Origin: Stegostoma tigrinum | Taxonomy: Eukaryota | Assembly: GCF_030684315.1 (NCBI RefSeq) | Contig: NC_081396.1 | Coordinates: 3,410,001-3,474,000, forward strand | Reading direction: 5' to 3' | DNA: 64,000 nucleotides | Shown here: piece by piece, positions 23,400-36,972 of the stretch | Numbering within the stretch: the stretch's first letter is position 1 | Layout: every line of letters starts with the position of its first letter | Translations under genes and position numbers: made by a program | The notes under the pieces: generated by a model | Database searches by the model: none | Told to the model about the DNA's origin: nothing | The model's input: only the letters and a program-made list of their open reading frames with translations

Positions 23400-25390
23400 T
23401 TTTAATGCCAGAAGAATTGGAACCAGAAGTAAGTATTCTTCCGATGGAGATTTTTCTACCATTCAATGACATCATGGTTGAACATTTAATCCTCACCTCC
23501 ACATTTCAGCCTTGACCTCACGTGCATTGATTCCATTACCGATTCAAAATCTGTCCTTTTTGCCCTTGAAAATACATAACAAACCAACCACAAATTTCTT
23601 CTACGGTAAAGAATTCCGCAGATTCACGATATTTTGGGAGTAGAAATTCTCAACTGCATTAAATTTGTGACCTCGAATTCAGAAACCATAACCTTTGCTC
23701 CTAAACTCTTTCACAAAAGGAAATAGCATTTCTAAAACAATAAAACTCCTGAACACAAAGAAATACATCTTTCAGTATGTCAACATTCAATATTCTACAT
23801 TTTGTTAAGAACAGGCCCTGGAATACTCAACCTTCACTCAGAAGACACTCCCCACATCCTCGGGGTCATTCTACTGAATCACATGTCGATGATCTCGCTT
23901 TCGACTGGATCTTCTGTTTGATCTAAGGCCCAAAGCAGGTCCCAACATTCCATCTGTTGTATGACGACTGCTTGTATAGTTTTAACAAGGTGTATAGTTT
24001 CACAGAAACGTATTATGAGAAGAAAACCTTTCAGGATAACTTATTGCACCGATGAGAGATCCCAATCTAATTGAATACCACTGGTAAGCATTTGGTCCTG
24101 ATTCCTCTAAATTATTCGCTTTCATTTTGTCATCCAGGTTCGTTGTAAATGTTGTAATTCTATACATCTACATTACTTCTTCTGGCAGCCCCTTCCACAG
24201 ATGCAGCACACTTGGCGTGAAAATAAAATTAAACAGTCGATCCTTTGTAAACATTTCCCCTCTCACCTTATTAGAATGATCTCGATTTTCGTACTCACAC
24301 ACGCCAAAATTATATATATATATATATATACACACACAAACTATCAGCTCACCCGTCAAACATCTACAGTCGAGAGATAAAAGCCACAGTCTACTCAGCC
24401 CCTCCCATTGTTAAAATCTCCTGTTCCAGAACATGGGATAACTTTGTCAAACATTTTTCAGGAGAACACAGAGTAATTTTATAAATGCACTTCGGACAAC
24501 AGATTAGCTGGTGAGATATTAGGTCCCCCAGAAGATTAGCAAGGTGATAGGCCAGAAGAAGGTTGTCAAATTTGGAGGGTTTCAACTAGAGGGAGAGTCT
24601 GATTGGCTGAGATGATCTTCCATGGAGCGTCAGAGGCTGAGGGGTGAACTGATAAAGGTTTATTAAATCATGACGGGCATGGATATAGTTAACAGACAAA
24701 GTCGTTTCCCCGCTATAGGAGTGTCACAAAACCAAATGACGTAATTTTAAATTGGGAGCACAAAGATTTGGAAGAGACCGAAGCAGCAACTCTTACCTGC
24801 AGAAGTGGTGCACGGACGGAATGATCTGCCGAAGGAAGTGATTGAAGCTGGTGTCATTGAAACATTGAAAATGCATCTGGATGGGGAGATAATGAGAAGA
24901 TTTTGTACGGATGTACGCGAAATGCTGGCAAAGAAACCCGATTAATTTAGAATATTTGATCAGCACAGACAAACTGGAGCGAAGTGTCTGCTTCTGTGTT
25001 GTTCATTTCTATCAATCTATGACTTAATACAGTCTCTCCTCATAATTCAGAACTTCCATTCCCACAATATCCTGATAAATCATTTCTCCAAACTCTCCAG
25101 CCTGATAACATATCCCCTATAATCAGGTAACTAGAACAGGATACTGTCCAGCAGCAGAGGACTAATCAGCCTCCCGTAGAATGTCAATATTGATTTGCGC
25201 CTCCAATATTCAAAAGCCTGAGAAATGAAGGCATGCATGCTTAACGCCTTCTTAACCATTCTGACATCATGTGAAACAAACATCAAAGAATATGTCTTGA
25301 TGCACTAAAATACCACATAAAGCACCAGTTTCACGGTAAAACAAAATGGCCTAGTTGTTTTACCAAAACACTATACCTTGAATTGAAATT
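23400..25390. mobile_element. Cluster of decayed CR1 LINE fragments in both orientations
   Basis: e.g. plus-strand 24560-25020 (ERQRLRGELIKVY..RNDLPKEVIEAG) and minus-strand LWKGLPEEV. Confidence 0.6.
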
Positions 25391-25396
25391 AAAAGA

Positions 25397-27390
25397 ACAC
25401 AGAACATAGAACAGTACAGCACAGTACAGACCCTTCAGCCAATGATGTTGTGGCGACCCGTTTTACCATTGAGATCAATCTACTCTGCATACCCTACATT
25501 TTACTCTCCTGTATATGCACCTATCCAAGAGTCGCTCATAAGTTTCCAGAGTGTCTGACTCCACTGCCACTGTTGGAGGCATATTCTACGTGCTCACCAC
25601 TCTCTATGTGAGAAATTACCTCTGATGTCTTCTCTGTCTTCCTCCAATCACCTTACAATTATGCGCCCTCATAATAATCATTTCCACGTTGGAAAAAAAA
25701 TGTGTCTGACTATCCACTCTATCTATGCATCCCATCATCTTGCACACCTGTAATTAGTCTCCTCTCAAACTTCTTTCCTTCACTGGAAAAAGCCCTAGCT
25801 CCTCAAGCTTTCATCATAAGATATGCCTTTCAGTCCTGGCAGAATCCTGGTCAACCTCCTCTGTACACTCTCTGAAGATTCCACATCTTTCCTGTGATGA
25901 GGTTGACCAGAACTGAACACAATACTCCAATTGTGGTCCCAACGGTGTTTTAAAGTGCTGCTGCATAATTGAACGGATGTTAAACTCTAGGCCCCTGCAA
26001 AATGAAAGCCAACACATGACACAACTTCTTTACAACCGTATCAAATTTACAACAACTTTTAGGGAACAATGGACATCGACCCCAAGATCCCTCTGTTCGT
26101 CCACACTGTTGAGAACCCTGTCATTATGCCCGCATTCTGCATTTAAATTCTACCTTTCAAAATGAATCACTTCACATTTTACTGGGTTGAATTCCCTCTA
26201 CTATTTCTTTGCCCAGCACTGTATTCTGCCAATGTTCTTTTGCAACATACAACAAGAGCCCTCCATGCTGTCCACAACCCACCAAACGTTGTGTCATTAG
26301 CACACCTATTGACCCACCCTTCCACTTCATCATCCAAGCCATTTGTAAAGATCACAAAACACAGGTCTCCCAGAACAGATCCTTGGGGAACACCACTGGT
26401 CACCAAGCTCCACGCTGAATACTTTGCATCGACTAAAATCCTCTGTCTTCTGTTGGAAAACTAGTTTTGTATCCAGACAGCTAGATGCTGCTGATTCCCC
26501 TGCCTCCTTACTTTCTGAATGAGTCTACCATTTGGGCCATTGCCACATGCCTTGCTAAATTCTATACATAACACATCCAATATTCTACCTTCATCAATGT
26601 GTTCTTTTCACATCCTCAAAGAATTCAATAAATCTTTTGAGGCATGGCGTGCCCCTCACATAGTCAGGTTGACCATTTGATATCAAACTGCTATTTTCCA
26701 AATAACCAGAAATGCTGTCTCTCAGACTCTTCTCTAATAAACTGTCCACCACAGATGGAAGGCTGACCGGTCTGTCATTTCTAGGATTATCCCTATTACC
26801 TTGGTTGAACAATGGGATGACGTCTGCCACCCTCCAATAATCTGGTACTGCTCCAGTGGACAGTTACGATGCGAATACCATTGTCAAAAGGGCAGAAATC
26901 GCTTCCCCCGCTTGCTGTTATAATCTTGGTTCTATCCCTTATGCCCCAGGAGACTTATCTGTGCTCATGATTTTCGAAAGGTCCAGCATATCCTCCTTCC
27001 TAACATCAAGCTGTTCGAGCATATCTGCCTGTTTCATGTGACACTCACAAACCTCAACGATCTACTCCGTGGTAGATACTGAAGCAAAGTGCTCATTAAG
27101 AAGCGCAGCCACCTCCAGCTGATTCCATGCGCAGGTTCACGCCACTATCCCTGAATGGCCCTACCCTCATTCTGGCTATTGTCTTGTTTCTCATATAAAC
27201 GTAGAAAGCCTTGTGATTTTCCTTGATCCTAATCGTGAATGTTTTCTTGCACATGCTTGAAGCTCTCAAACGTGCATTCTTCAATTTCTTTTCGGTTACC
27301 TTGTAGACCTCAAAAGCGCGACCCGAATCTTGCTTCTTAAACCATAAGTAATTTATCTGCTTCAAGTCGATTTGCCACTCCCCGGTCCAC
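25397..27390 (-). mobile_element. CR1 LINE (RT region and 3' tail)
   Basis: VTSGVPQGSVLG..CANDT; ADVIPLFNQGNRDNPRNDRPVSL; PQLEYCVQFWS; AGAACATAGAACAGTACAGCAC tail. Confidence 0.9.
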
Positions 27391-27394
27391 AATC

Positions 27395-29740
27395 TCAATC
27401 AATCAAGATATTTTAATAATCTTGGTTTTTTTTCACTGTCAACGACAAGACCTAGTTTGGTGCCATCCACAAACAAACTAGTCATGGCTTCTATATTTTC
27501 ATCGAAGTCTTTCACATAAATGATGAACAAAAAGGGACCCAGCACTGAACCTTATTGCACACTAATCGTGACAGACTTCCATTCTAAACAAAAACAACGC
27601 TCCACTGAAGGGTCGAGACCGGAAAAATCAGCCTTTCTGCTCTTCTTATGCTGCTTGGCCTGCTGTGTTATTCCCGCTCTACACCTTGTTATCTCCACCA
27701 CCATCTTTTACTCCTGCCATTAAGCGAATTTAACATCAAATTGGCACCCTCACCCTGAATCATAACATAGCTAATAGGTCGACCAAACGGAAACTTGTCA
27801 AAGTATTTAAAAAAGTACAAGTCAACACAATCTACAGCACTGCCCCATCAATGCTTTTGGTCACTTCCACAATAAACTGAATCAATATTTTGAGGCAAGA
27901 TTTTCCACGCAAATGTCATGATGACTATCTCTAATCAGTTCTTGCTGTTCCAGATGCATGCAAATCCTGTCCCTCAGAATCCAACAACTCACCCATTACT
28001 GTCTTACAGCTCACCAGTCTGTTGTTCTATAGATTTTCCATCTTGCCTTTCCTATTTAAATAGTAGAACCACATGAGCCACACTCCAGGCATCCTGCATC
28101 TCACCTGTGGCTATCTATGGTACGAACATCTCAGTAAGGGGCCCAGAAATCTCTTGCCGAGATTTCCATAAAGCTCTAGGGAGCACCTCATCATTTTCAT
28201 AGTTTCCGAGTTCCCGAGTTTCCACTCCCCTCTCCACAGTAAATTCCAACACAAAATATTTTGTAGAACCTTACTCATCTCCTCTGGTTCCACGCATAGA
28301 CGGCCACGTTGTTCTTTAAGGGTCTCTATTTTCTACCTAGTCACGGAATTGTCCTTAATGTAATCACATAAACTTTGAGATTCTCATTCCTTCCATTTAC
28401 CATTCGATCGCATGTCCGCTTTTGTCCTCTCAAGATTTCTCTCAAATAAACTTCGACTATCATTATATTCTTCTCAATATACGCTCGATCCGAACTGTCC
28501 ATATCTCATAATTGCCCTCCTTTATTTGGCTGGAGACTGAAATTATCTCCTCATCTAGGATTCCCTACACCGAGCAGTCTTACCCTTAACACAAACAGGT
28601 AAGAGCTGGATCTGAACTCTCGTTATCTCATCCTCAAAGTCCTCCGGCTACCCAATCATTCCTTTTGAATGTCGTCTCTAAATCAATTTCGCAAAGCTCC
28701 TGCCTCAAGCTATCAAAATTAGCCTCACTCTAATTCAGAACTTTATTTTTTAAGCAGTTATCTCGTTTTCCTGAACTGTTTCAAAACTGATAGAATTGTG
28801 ACCACTTGCCCCAAAGTTCTCCCCAAAGACTTCCATTAATTGACCACTGTTACATCCAGACTGAACGTCAAACAAAATTTCTTCTCCAGTTGGTACAATC
28901 ACATATTGAATAAGAACGTTTTCTTGTACACAGTGTCAATTTCCTCAACATCCAAGCTCTCAACTGGGTGACAGTCTCATTCTGTGTGTGGAAAGTTAAA
29001 ACCCTGTACCATTCTGCTACTTTTCTTACAGATACCTGCGATCCACTTACATATTTGCTTCTGATTTTCCCACAAACTGTTTGGAGGCCTCTAATAAAAA
29101 CACAACAAAATGATCATCTTCTCTCATTTTAAAATTGAACCAAATGACTTTATTGGCCAGTTTCACAGCAATATCTCCACGTTGTACAGCTGTAAAGTTC
29201 TCACAAAGTAGAAGAGCCACTCTCGCTCCTGCCTTGCTTCCCATTTTTCCCTGACGTGAGACATACCTCTGGAACATCAACTACCTGCCCTGTCCATCTC
29301 TGAGGCATTTTGTTCTAATTGAGATCTTCCCAGTCATGCCTTCAGCCCATCTGAATTCTCTGTCAGTCCTGCTGCTTTCAAATAACTCTGGTTAAATTTA
29401 TCAGTCTTACTTTATCTCTGTCAATCTCTTGTTGTTTTTGACTATTAAATTGTTCATATTACCTACTGCACTGGTCTCAGCCTTACTTTAATCTCACTAT
29501 TGCCATGGTTCCCACCAGTGCCATACATTCCCCTGACTAACTTAAAGCCTCACAAGTAGCGAAAGCACATTCCCCTTCAAGTATATTGGTCCTCTTCCAA
29601 TTCAGCTGCAGCCCTTCCCTCTCACACAGGTCATTTGTACCACTGAAGAGACCCAAATGGTTAAAAAAGGCGAATCTTGTCCCCTGCAAGACATAATCAG
29701 CCACACAATCACGTGCCCTATCCTTCTATTCCTGCCCTCA
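27395..29740 (-). mobile_element. Older CR1 LINE (ORF1 end, endonuclease, RT)
   Basis: QGSVLGPFLF near 27530; endonuclease-like fragments at 28.8-29.3 kb; EGLQLNWKRTNIL (ORF1 esterase end) near 29.6 kb. Confidence 0.7.
27604..27693 (+). mobile_element. Short Penelope pLTR fragment nested in CR1
   Basis: GAAGGGTCGAGACCGGAAAA..TGCTGCTTGGCCTGCTGTGTT; flanked on both sides by CTCCAC. Confidence 0.6.
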
Positions 29741-29759
29741 AAGGTATATTAGATACAAA

Positions 29760-31350
29760 ATAAAGGCCAAAACTAATTTCGCCTTCCTTATTAATGGGTG
29801 TGAAATTAAAAAGTTAGATTTTTTTGTGATTTAAGGACCAGAACATGCAAATGTGTTGTGTTGATTTCTGAATTCATTTCAAATTTCAATAATGTTTAGC
29901 CACTCTGTTTTACCTCTCAAACTGCATAATCTCACTTTTTCCATCTATTCTCAGTTATTTCATCTTTTGGCATGAATATGCCAAGATTTTATTTTCATAT
30001 TTTGCTGACTCTCAGGTACAGCCAATATCCCTCAACAATTTCTTTTGTGTCATATTCACCATTTCCCTTTTCTGATATTCTTGTTTCATTTGCAAACTTA
30101 CCAACAACACATTGATTTTTCTCATGTAAGTCATTGTTGTATCTTTCAATTATTTGTGCACCAAACACTGATTCCTGTGATGCTACCTTCGTCAGAAGTT
30201 GACATCTTGTGAAGTAAAATTCTTCATCTAAATATCTTTCTACTTTGATTTTAGCAATCCTCTGTCCACATTAATGTACTGCCTCCAAAGTCACGGGCTC
30301 CTAGCTGGTTAAGTTATCATACGTGTGGCACCGCATCTAATGTCTTCAGAGAATCTCAGCATCTTGAAAGTCCTGATCCCTCCTTCTATTGTATTCTACG
30401 TTATCAAATCTTTCTACGTTATTTATCAGGCAAAATTTCAATTTCATAAAACTATTTTCTGTCCTCTTGATTATGCTATGTAATATTGAAATGTACTGTG
30501 GTTACATTTATCAGTAAATGAAGTTAAACAAAATGGCGTTCCTCACCCTTCATGTTGTCCTCTTCTTTTTAAATAAAGGTGTTATCCAATCATCAGAGTC
30601 TTTTCCGAAATTTTATTACTGCTGTAAAATTAAACCCAGCATAACAAACGCTTCTGTCATTTTTTAAAATCCTTGATTTGATCTCATTATTTGCAATGCA
30701 CTCAGTCATATTTAGTTCTATTAATTTATGTGCTTCTTTTCCCCCAGTGAAACTTTCTTTGTTGTATTCCTCACCCTTATTTGGCCCTTGCATATTCAGT
30801 CATTTTGGAATTCTACTGTGAAGGCAGATGCACAGTATTTTTTCAAAATGTCTATTTCAAAATTGTTCCGAAATATGCATTCTGCAGCTCCAATCATGAG
30901 GGCACTATGTTCACTTTGGCCCTTCTTTTCCTTTCTATATATTTTAGGAAGCGTTTGCTGTCTGTTTTAATATTATCTGCAATTTTAATTTCAATATTTT
31001 CCTCCTCACGCCTCATTAATTTTTTGTTTGCCTTTTGATAGTTCTTCAAACAATCTGAATACTCTCCTGACCTATCATAATGATGACATTTAATGTAATG
31101 CCTCTTTATTCTTTTTTTGATCTCTTTAACTTCCCGCCGTAACTGTAATAACTTGTTTCCTTCTGATAATCATTTCTTCTCACTGGGATATATCTTTGCT
31201 CTGAACCAGGAAATATTAAAATCTTAAAAGTATGCCATTGCTCTTCATACGTCTTTGCTGCTAAACTCGTTGAAGTCCATTCCAGCAAGCTTGGCCCTCA
31301 TTTCTTTGTAATTACTCTTCTGTAACTTGTTTCCAACACAAGTTACTGTC
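29760..31350 (-). mobile_element. Decayed CR1 LINE ORF2 fragment
   Basis: EQWHTFK..QRYIPVR and other degenerate ORF2-like segments. Confidence 0.55.
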
Positions 31351-31359
31351 TCTCCAACT

Positions 31360-32480
31360 GAATGTGAAGTTTTATTGTTCCAATCTAATGTTAGAGTCTG
31401 CCATTATTTACCAAATTTGCCTCTTTCTGCATTACTGGATCCAACGTGTCAAGTTATCAGGTTGGATGCACGACATATTGTTTGAGGAATCTGTCCCACA
31501 TATGGCCACAGTGGACAGGTCTCTGGCAGTGTACCTGGACCTGCAAGACAGAAGTGAATGGGGTAGAATCGGATAGCAATTGTTGTTCGGAATTCAATAG
31601 TAAGACGCACAGAGAGGCAGCTCTGTGAACGCGAACGAGATGAACAGAAAGCATGTTGCCTCTTAGGTGCCAGGGTCTGTGACATCTTGGATTGCGTCAC
31701 TCAAGTTTCTTAAGTGGGAAGGTGAGCAACCAGCAGTCATGGTGCACATCGTTGCAAATGACTAAGGTAGAAAAAAGGACTGAGAATGTGAAAAATGAGT
31801 GCTGGGAGTCAGTTTAGAAGTTGAAGTCCGCAAAAAATTCGTGGACCTATATCTGGATTACTGCCAGTGCCACGTGATAACGAGGTAAGGAATAGGAAGA
31901 GTATGCATCTAAATAAATGGTTACAGGGTTCATGTAGGAAGGAGGATTTCTATTATCTGAATAAGTGGATCATATTCTGGGGAAGGTGGGGCCTGTACAG
32001 AAAGGACGGGCTGGGCCTGAACTGGAAGGGCACAAATATCCTGGGAGGAAGAATTGCTCAAGTTGTACGGGATGGTTTAACCTAGATTGGCGGGGATCGG
32101 GAATGGGATATGTAATTCAGTGGACATGGTATTCAGCTTTCCAACAGACACAACAGGGAGTGAGTTTGTTAATAAAGATATACACTGGATGGAGGAAAAG
32201 TGCGGACACAGGTATGGTTTATGGTGTGCATACTTCAATGTTTGAAGTTTCAGAAATAAGGCGGATGAACTGAGAGCATGAGTCAGTACTTGAAAGTACG
32301 ATGTTATGGCCAATAGAGAAAGTTGGGTCACTCAGGGGCAGGAATAATTTTTGGAAGTTCTGGGATTCAGATGCGAAAAAATAAATAGGGAGGCTGGTAA
32401 GAGAGGCTGAGGAATGGCATTGTTATTTTGGGCTGATATAGCAGCTGCTGAATGGCACTTGGAAAATGATACGTCTGCAG
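31360..32480 (+). mobile_element. CR1 LINE 5' part (ORF1 SGNH esterase and start of ORF2 endonuclease)
   Basis: NSIVR, CCLLGARVCDI, VMVHIVAND, YRKDGLGLNWKG; then ADELRA*..YDVMANRESW. Confidence 0.8.
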
Positions 32481-32486
32481 AAACAG

Positions 32487-32592
32487 AGATAACGGGAACT
32501 GCAGATGCTGGAAAGTCCGAGATAACAAAATGTGCAGCTGGACGAACACAGCAGGCCAAGCAGCATCTTAGGAGCACAAAAGGTGACTTTTT
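32487..32592 (-). mobile_element. Penelope pLTR fragment
   Basis: Reverse complement of the 555-655 family tail. Confidence 0.7.
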
Positions 32593-32816
32593 GCGCACTC
32601 ATCATTCAGCCTGTGGATTAAGCCTTCAGACATATTGAGTGAAAGGTGGGCTTACATTAATGGGTCGCAAGTTATTGAAGCATTAACCTAAATGACTGCA
32701 TGAAACAAAAACAGATATCAGTATTAAGCTGTACAAACTTGGGAAGATATAGCATTACTGATGACCCTTGATGAAAGAATTAAGCAAATTCAAGGTTTGT
32801 GCATATTCATTCAAGG

Positions 32817-32822
32817 TTTATT
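32817..32822 (-). terminator. Candidate polyadenylation signal for membrane IgM mRNA
   Basis: AATAAA ~450 nt downstream of the TM2 stop; mutated in the remnant copy. Confidence 0.5.
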
Positions 32823-33269
32823 TACCGTTTCAGACAGCTTTTGTACCGAAAAGCCCATGTCAAAATCACCAAAAATGAACATAACGACTCGATGCCACAT
32901 TGAGATGATAGTGCATGAGCTCTGAACTCTGAATTTTACGCTCATCGGTAACAGTAACCAGAGGAAAAAATAAGAAATGGGCTCAATGTAAAGGACAGGG
33001 AACAATTCTGAATTAGGAATGAAAAGAACAAAAACACAAATTGACTTCAAACAATTGGGAAGCAACAAAATTTTGCAACAATAATTATCTTGACGATATC
33101 AAACAAGGTAATTTGGAAAACTCATTGAATAGTTTCTGAGTTACACACTCATAAACTGAATTGATCACACTGCTAGTGTCAGCAAAAGGACAGATAGTAT
33201 ATTTGGATCCCAGTGGCCTCGATAAACATAAAATTTCTTCCAGGAAGTTCTATGACGTGGCAAATTCAT

Positions 33270-33278
33270 TCACTTGAC
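33270..33278 (-). CDS. IGHM: IgM TM2 exon (VK*)
   Basis: ctttttcag|GTC AAG TGA, completing the KVK cytoplasmic tail. Confidence 0.92.
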   Translation of the reverse strand, partial: VK

Positions 33279-33417
33279 CTGAAAAAGAGTGATTGGGGAA
33301 TTGTTTAAATATCGATGGTCAGGGCATTCAGGGTTTAATTTTAATTTAATGACACACTTTGAGATTTCACAAGCCACAATGGTCTGTTTGAAGCGTGAAT
33401 GATTTCATTATTCTCAC

Positions 33418-33545
33418 CTTTACCAGCGTGACAGCAGCACTATAGAAAATGCTCAGGAAGAACAAGGTGATGAATGCTGAAGCTGTTGCCCAGATGTTGC
33501 CGTTATCATCCTCAAAATCTTCAATCCAATTACGATCTATCGAAT
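33418..33545 (-). CDS. IGHM: IgM TM1 exon
   Basis: DSIDRNWIEDFEDDNGNIWATASAFITLFFLSIFYSAAVTLVK; CART motif; AG/GT boundaries. Confidence 0.95.
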
Positions 33546-35249
33546 CTATGAGTATAAAACCGAGACAATGGATTTAGATTGTCCATTGGTCCAAATGACA
33601 AATCTTTCTCTCAATAATGTCATCAGGGACCATTACAATTTTTTCAAGCAGTCAGGTTGTTCTCAAATTTGTTTCTTGATTTCTGTCTCTTATTGAGTTA
33701 ATTACTCTCAGGAATAACTTGCTAATACTAATTTCACATGTTCTTCCTTTGTTATCCATGTCTGAACATTTCGAAGCATTTTAGCATTTAAAATGTTCTT
33801 GGAGAGTATGATCATTGTTATCATTCCAGGTGTACTGTTTGGGAATGACTGTAGTAATTCGCTCATTATATTTTCAAAACAGGCTGTGGCAGCTGTTAAA
33901 GTTGAGTATTGTGGTCATCATTGGAGAAGAGTGCAAATGTGATGACTCATCTTCTTTATTTATATGCGTTCAATTGCTTGAAAAATCATGACCAAAATTT
34001 GGATTCAGAGTAAGATCTGTTGTTTTTTTATTTTTGTGAACTTTTCCTGTGTTTTTGCTTTATTGTTTGGGTATGTGGTGATGAGTGTCTCTCCCTTCAC
34101 AGTTTTTCACGTTGAAGCTTATGCATAACTGAACATGTTCATGTCACCTTGGTGCTGATGTGTTCATTCACATCTTTGTGCATGTGTAGGTAAATTGTGT
34201 TCAGTTCAGAAGTGTAAGCCATAATATCTTAAGATGCCACTTCATTCGTTGATACCTATCTTTACTTTTTATTGATTTTGTGATTTTTATGTTGTGTCGT
34301 GCTAATGAAAATGTGTGTTAAAGTATCGATTTTTTCGAAACTCCCAGACTTAGATTATTTTCATGAGTGTACTCCATAAATGTGTTCCGTTAGTATATAC
34401 CTTCATGTTTTGATTGATGTGTATATTTATGTGATAACGTGATTTCTTTGGCAATGCATCCTCACCCATCTCCCTGATACGATTTCTTGTGCGAATGCAT
34501 GTGAATGTTCATTGTTGTGCCATTCCCGTTTTGTTGCCAATATCCCACTGTGTTTTGAACTTTGCACTTCGAAGTCGGCATTTGAGACTCATAAATTGTG
34601 TGTCTGCGTGACCGTGTTTCTGTGCTGATCAAATAGTTTAAAATTACGTAACTGAGCTGCATCTTTCTTCATATGGCTATCTTTTCTGCAAGTGGGGTAA
34701 TAATGAGTTTAAAATTTATGTTGCTCTCATATATGTCTATTTGAGTGCACCTGTGGAAGGATACATCTGGGATCTTGTATGTGTGTTTATAAATGCATGT
34801 CCGTATGTATTATGGTGTGTGAATGGACATGCATTCATGAGCATTTGTGTGCTGAGGTGTGTCTACGTTTTTCGTGATTATGTGCAGTTATCACTGTTTA
34901 TTTGGGTGTGTTCCTGCTATGCACTGGCCTTTGGTCTTTTTTAGTGAGAATGTACACGACAGCTCTGATATCATATGCAAGTATGCCTGCCTGTGTGTAT
35001 CCATCCGTGACAGCTTATCTGTATGTGCATTTCTGTTTGCACACATGTTTGTCCCTTCAAGTGAGAGCTTGTATATACGTGTCTTTAGAGCGTTTGTGAC
35101 TGTTTGTCTGAATCTGTGCTTGTTTAAGGTCTGAAAACAGACTGTTATTTTTTCCTTTTTGAGCTATTTTAATCGATTACCATTGATTACATCTGATCCA
35201 GATGATGTGGGGAACATTTCTCGCCGTTATGGGGAGATAAACACTTTGT

Positions 35250-35570
35250 TAGGGAGTTTTGAGAAGATTTATAGCTCAGGTTTTGGGTGGAAGTTTGCTC
35301 GCTGAGCTGGAAGATTCGTTTTCAGATGTTTCGTCACCATTCTAGGTAACATCATCAGTGAGCCTTCACTGAAGCGCAGGTGTTATGCCCTGCTATTTGT
35401 GTATGTGTTAGGTTTCCTTGGACATCACCAACCCAAGGAAACCTAAACACATAAATAGAAAGCGGGACATAACACCAGCGCTTCACCGGAGTCTCATGGT
35501 TGATGTTACCTAGAATGGTGATGAAACGTCTGAAAATGAACCTCCCAGCTCAGCGAGCAAACTTCCATCC
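35250..35570. mobile_element. Penelope fold-back (inverted pLTR pair) with 13-bp TSD in the CH4-TM1 intron
   Basis: ~35285-35421 is the inverted copy of ~35433-35570; TSD ATAAACACTTTGT (35237) / ATAAGCACTTTGT (35571); empty site in the paralog at 19670-19682. Confidence 0.9.
35325..35358 (-). ncRNA. Minimal hammerhead ribozyme core, sense to IgM pre-mRNA
   Basis: CTGATGA-T-GTTACC-TAGAAT-GGTGAC-GAAAC-ATC; stem II GUUACC/GGUGAC fully paired. Confidence 0.6.
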
Positions 35571-36538
35571 ATAAGCACTTTGTGATTGATGCAGGAATGT
35601 TGAATATAAAATATGTACAAGGCATGTGAAAGAAAGTGACATTCGGTGTTTGTATCCCAGAACTGAGTCCACGGGGTACAGGATTTTGATTCAAAAGTGT
35701 GGAAAATTTTTGGAATAATGACAGTTTAGCTTTGAATGATGCAGAACTAATTTTAACAAATGATTAATGGACCAAGCGTGTCCAACAGGCTTCAAAGGAA
35801 GTATGTTGTGTGGAAAATTTAAATCATTGGTTGTAAGGAAGAAGGTGATTGTTCCTGTAAGCTGCAAAATCACATTGCAGCGGGCGTACAACGTGAAAAC
35901 TCGGCAAGGGGATTGAGCAGATAGTCTGTTAATTGTTATACTCTCTTCTCCCTCAGCTCGACAAGAAAAAAAAAACATTCTCCCTGTCATATTTCACATG
36001 AAAGTGAAGATAAATTGTGTCGACTGATGCACTGTTGCGAGATCCCTGGCAGTCTCCAGATAAAAATAGCATAAATTCAAATCATTCTGAACACTACATG
36101 CTTTTTGCCCAAAGCAGTACTATCTTGTTGGACTGTTCTTTTAGAGAATAATTTTAAATGTCTCTAACGTTTATATTCTCAGTTAGTGCAATGGAGCAGT
36201 TTAAAGCTGGCATGAAATTTACAGACATGGGACATTGAGGAATCAGGGAAATAAAAATCATAATTCGTGATGTTCATTTGCGATGAATTGGGCATTGCCA
36301 AATTTTGTCAAAGTGTGATTTAGGTTGGATTAGGTATTTTGCAGAATCCTGCGATTAGTGAACTTCATTCTGTCACTGAACAGGGCCGATCTGAGCAAGG
36401 ACCATTAACTGTGCAAGCAAAGGTTATAGACGTGCTAACTGCCAACATCGACTGACAGGACAAAATATTTTTAAAAGTGGGAAACACAATCAATTAAACT
36501 GTTGTCAATTTACATCACAATTGGAGGAAAGAAAATGG

Positions 36539-36553
36539 TTTATTAATTTTATT
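36539..36553 (-). terminator. Polyadenylation signals for secretory IgM mRNA
   Basis: Two AATAAA hexamers (36548-36553, 36539-36544) just after the secretory stop. Confidence 0.75.
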
Positions 36554-36580
36554 TAATTCGTAAGTGTAACCTTGAGACTT

Positions 36581-36972
36581 TCATTGGCATGAATTTATGG
36601 TGTCCATGAGTGCAAGCGAAATATTCACAAAACTCGGTTTACCGCTGGATTTATCAACTGTTCTGTTGATGATCTTCAATGGAATCGCTTCATGCCCCAC
36701 CACACAGGAGTAAGAAGCACCGCTGGCCCACTCCTCCGCAGCAATGGATAATAGGCTGTACAAGAAGAAGGAGGTGTTATCGCTCTCTGCCGTCACCTCG
36801 GTGTTCTTATAGTTAGTGGGATTAACGGGCTTGTCATTGGTTGTCCACTTGACAAAGATCTCTCGGGGCCTGAAACCTCTCACCAAACAGGTGAGCGAAA
36901 CAAACTTCTGTGCGGAGACGTCTTCTGTCGTTGGCAGGAGGACAGAAACCGATGGCTCCAACGGATTTATCA
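36581..36972 (-). CDS. IGHM: IgM CH4 exon plus secretory tailpiece
   Basis: [53 protein letters not shown]|[20 protein letters not shown]; internal donor G|GTAAA after 36643 for TM splicing. Confidence 0.97.
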
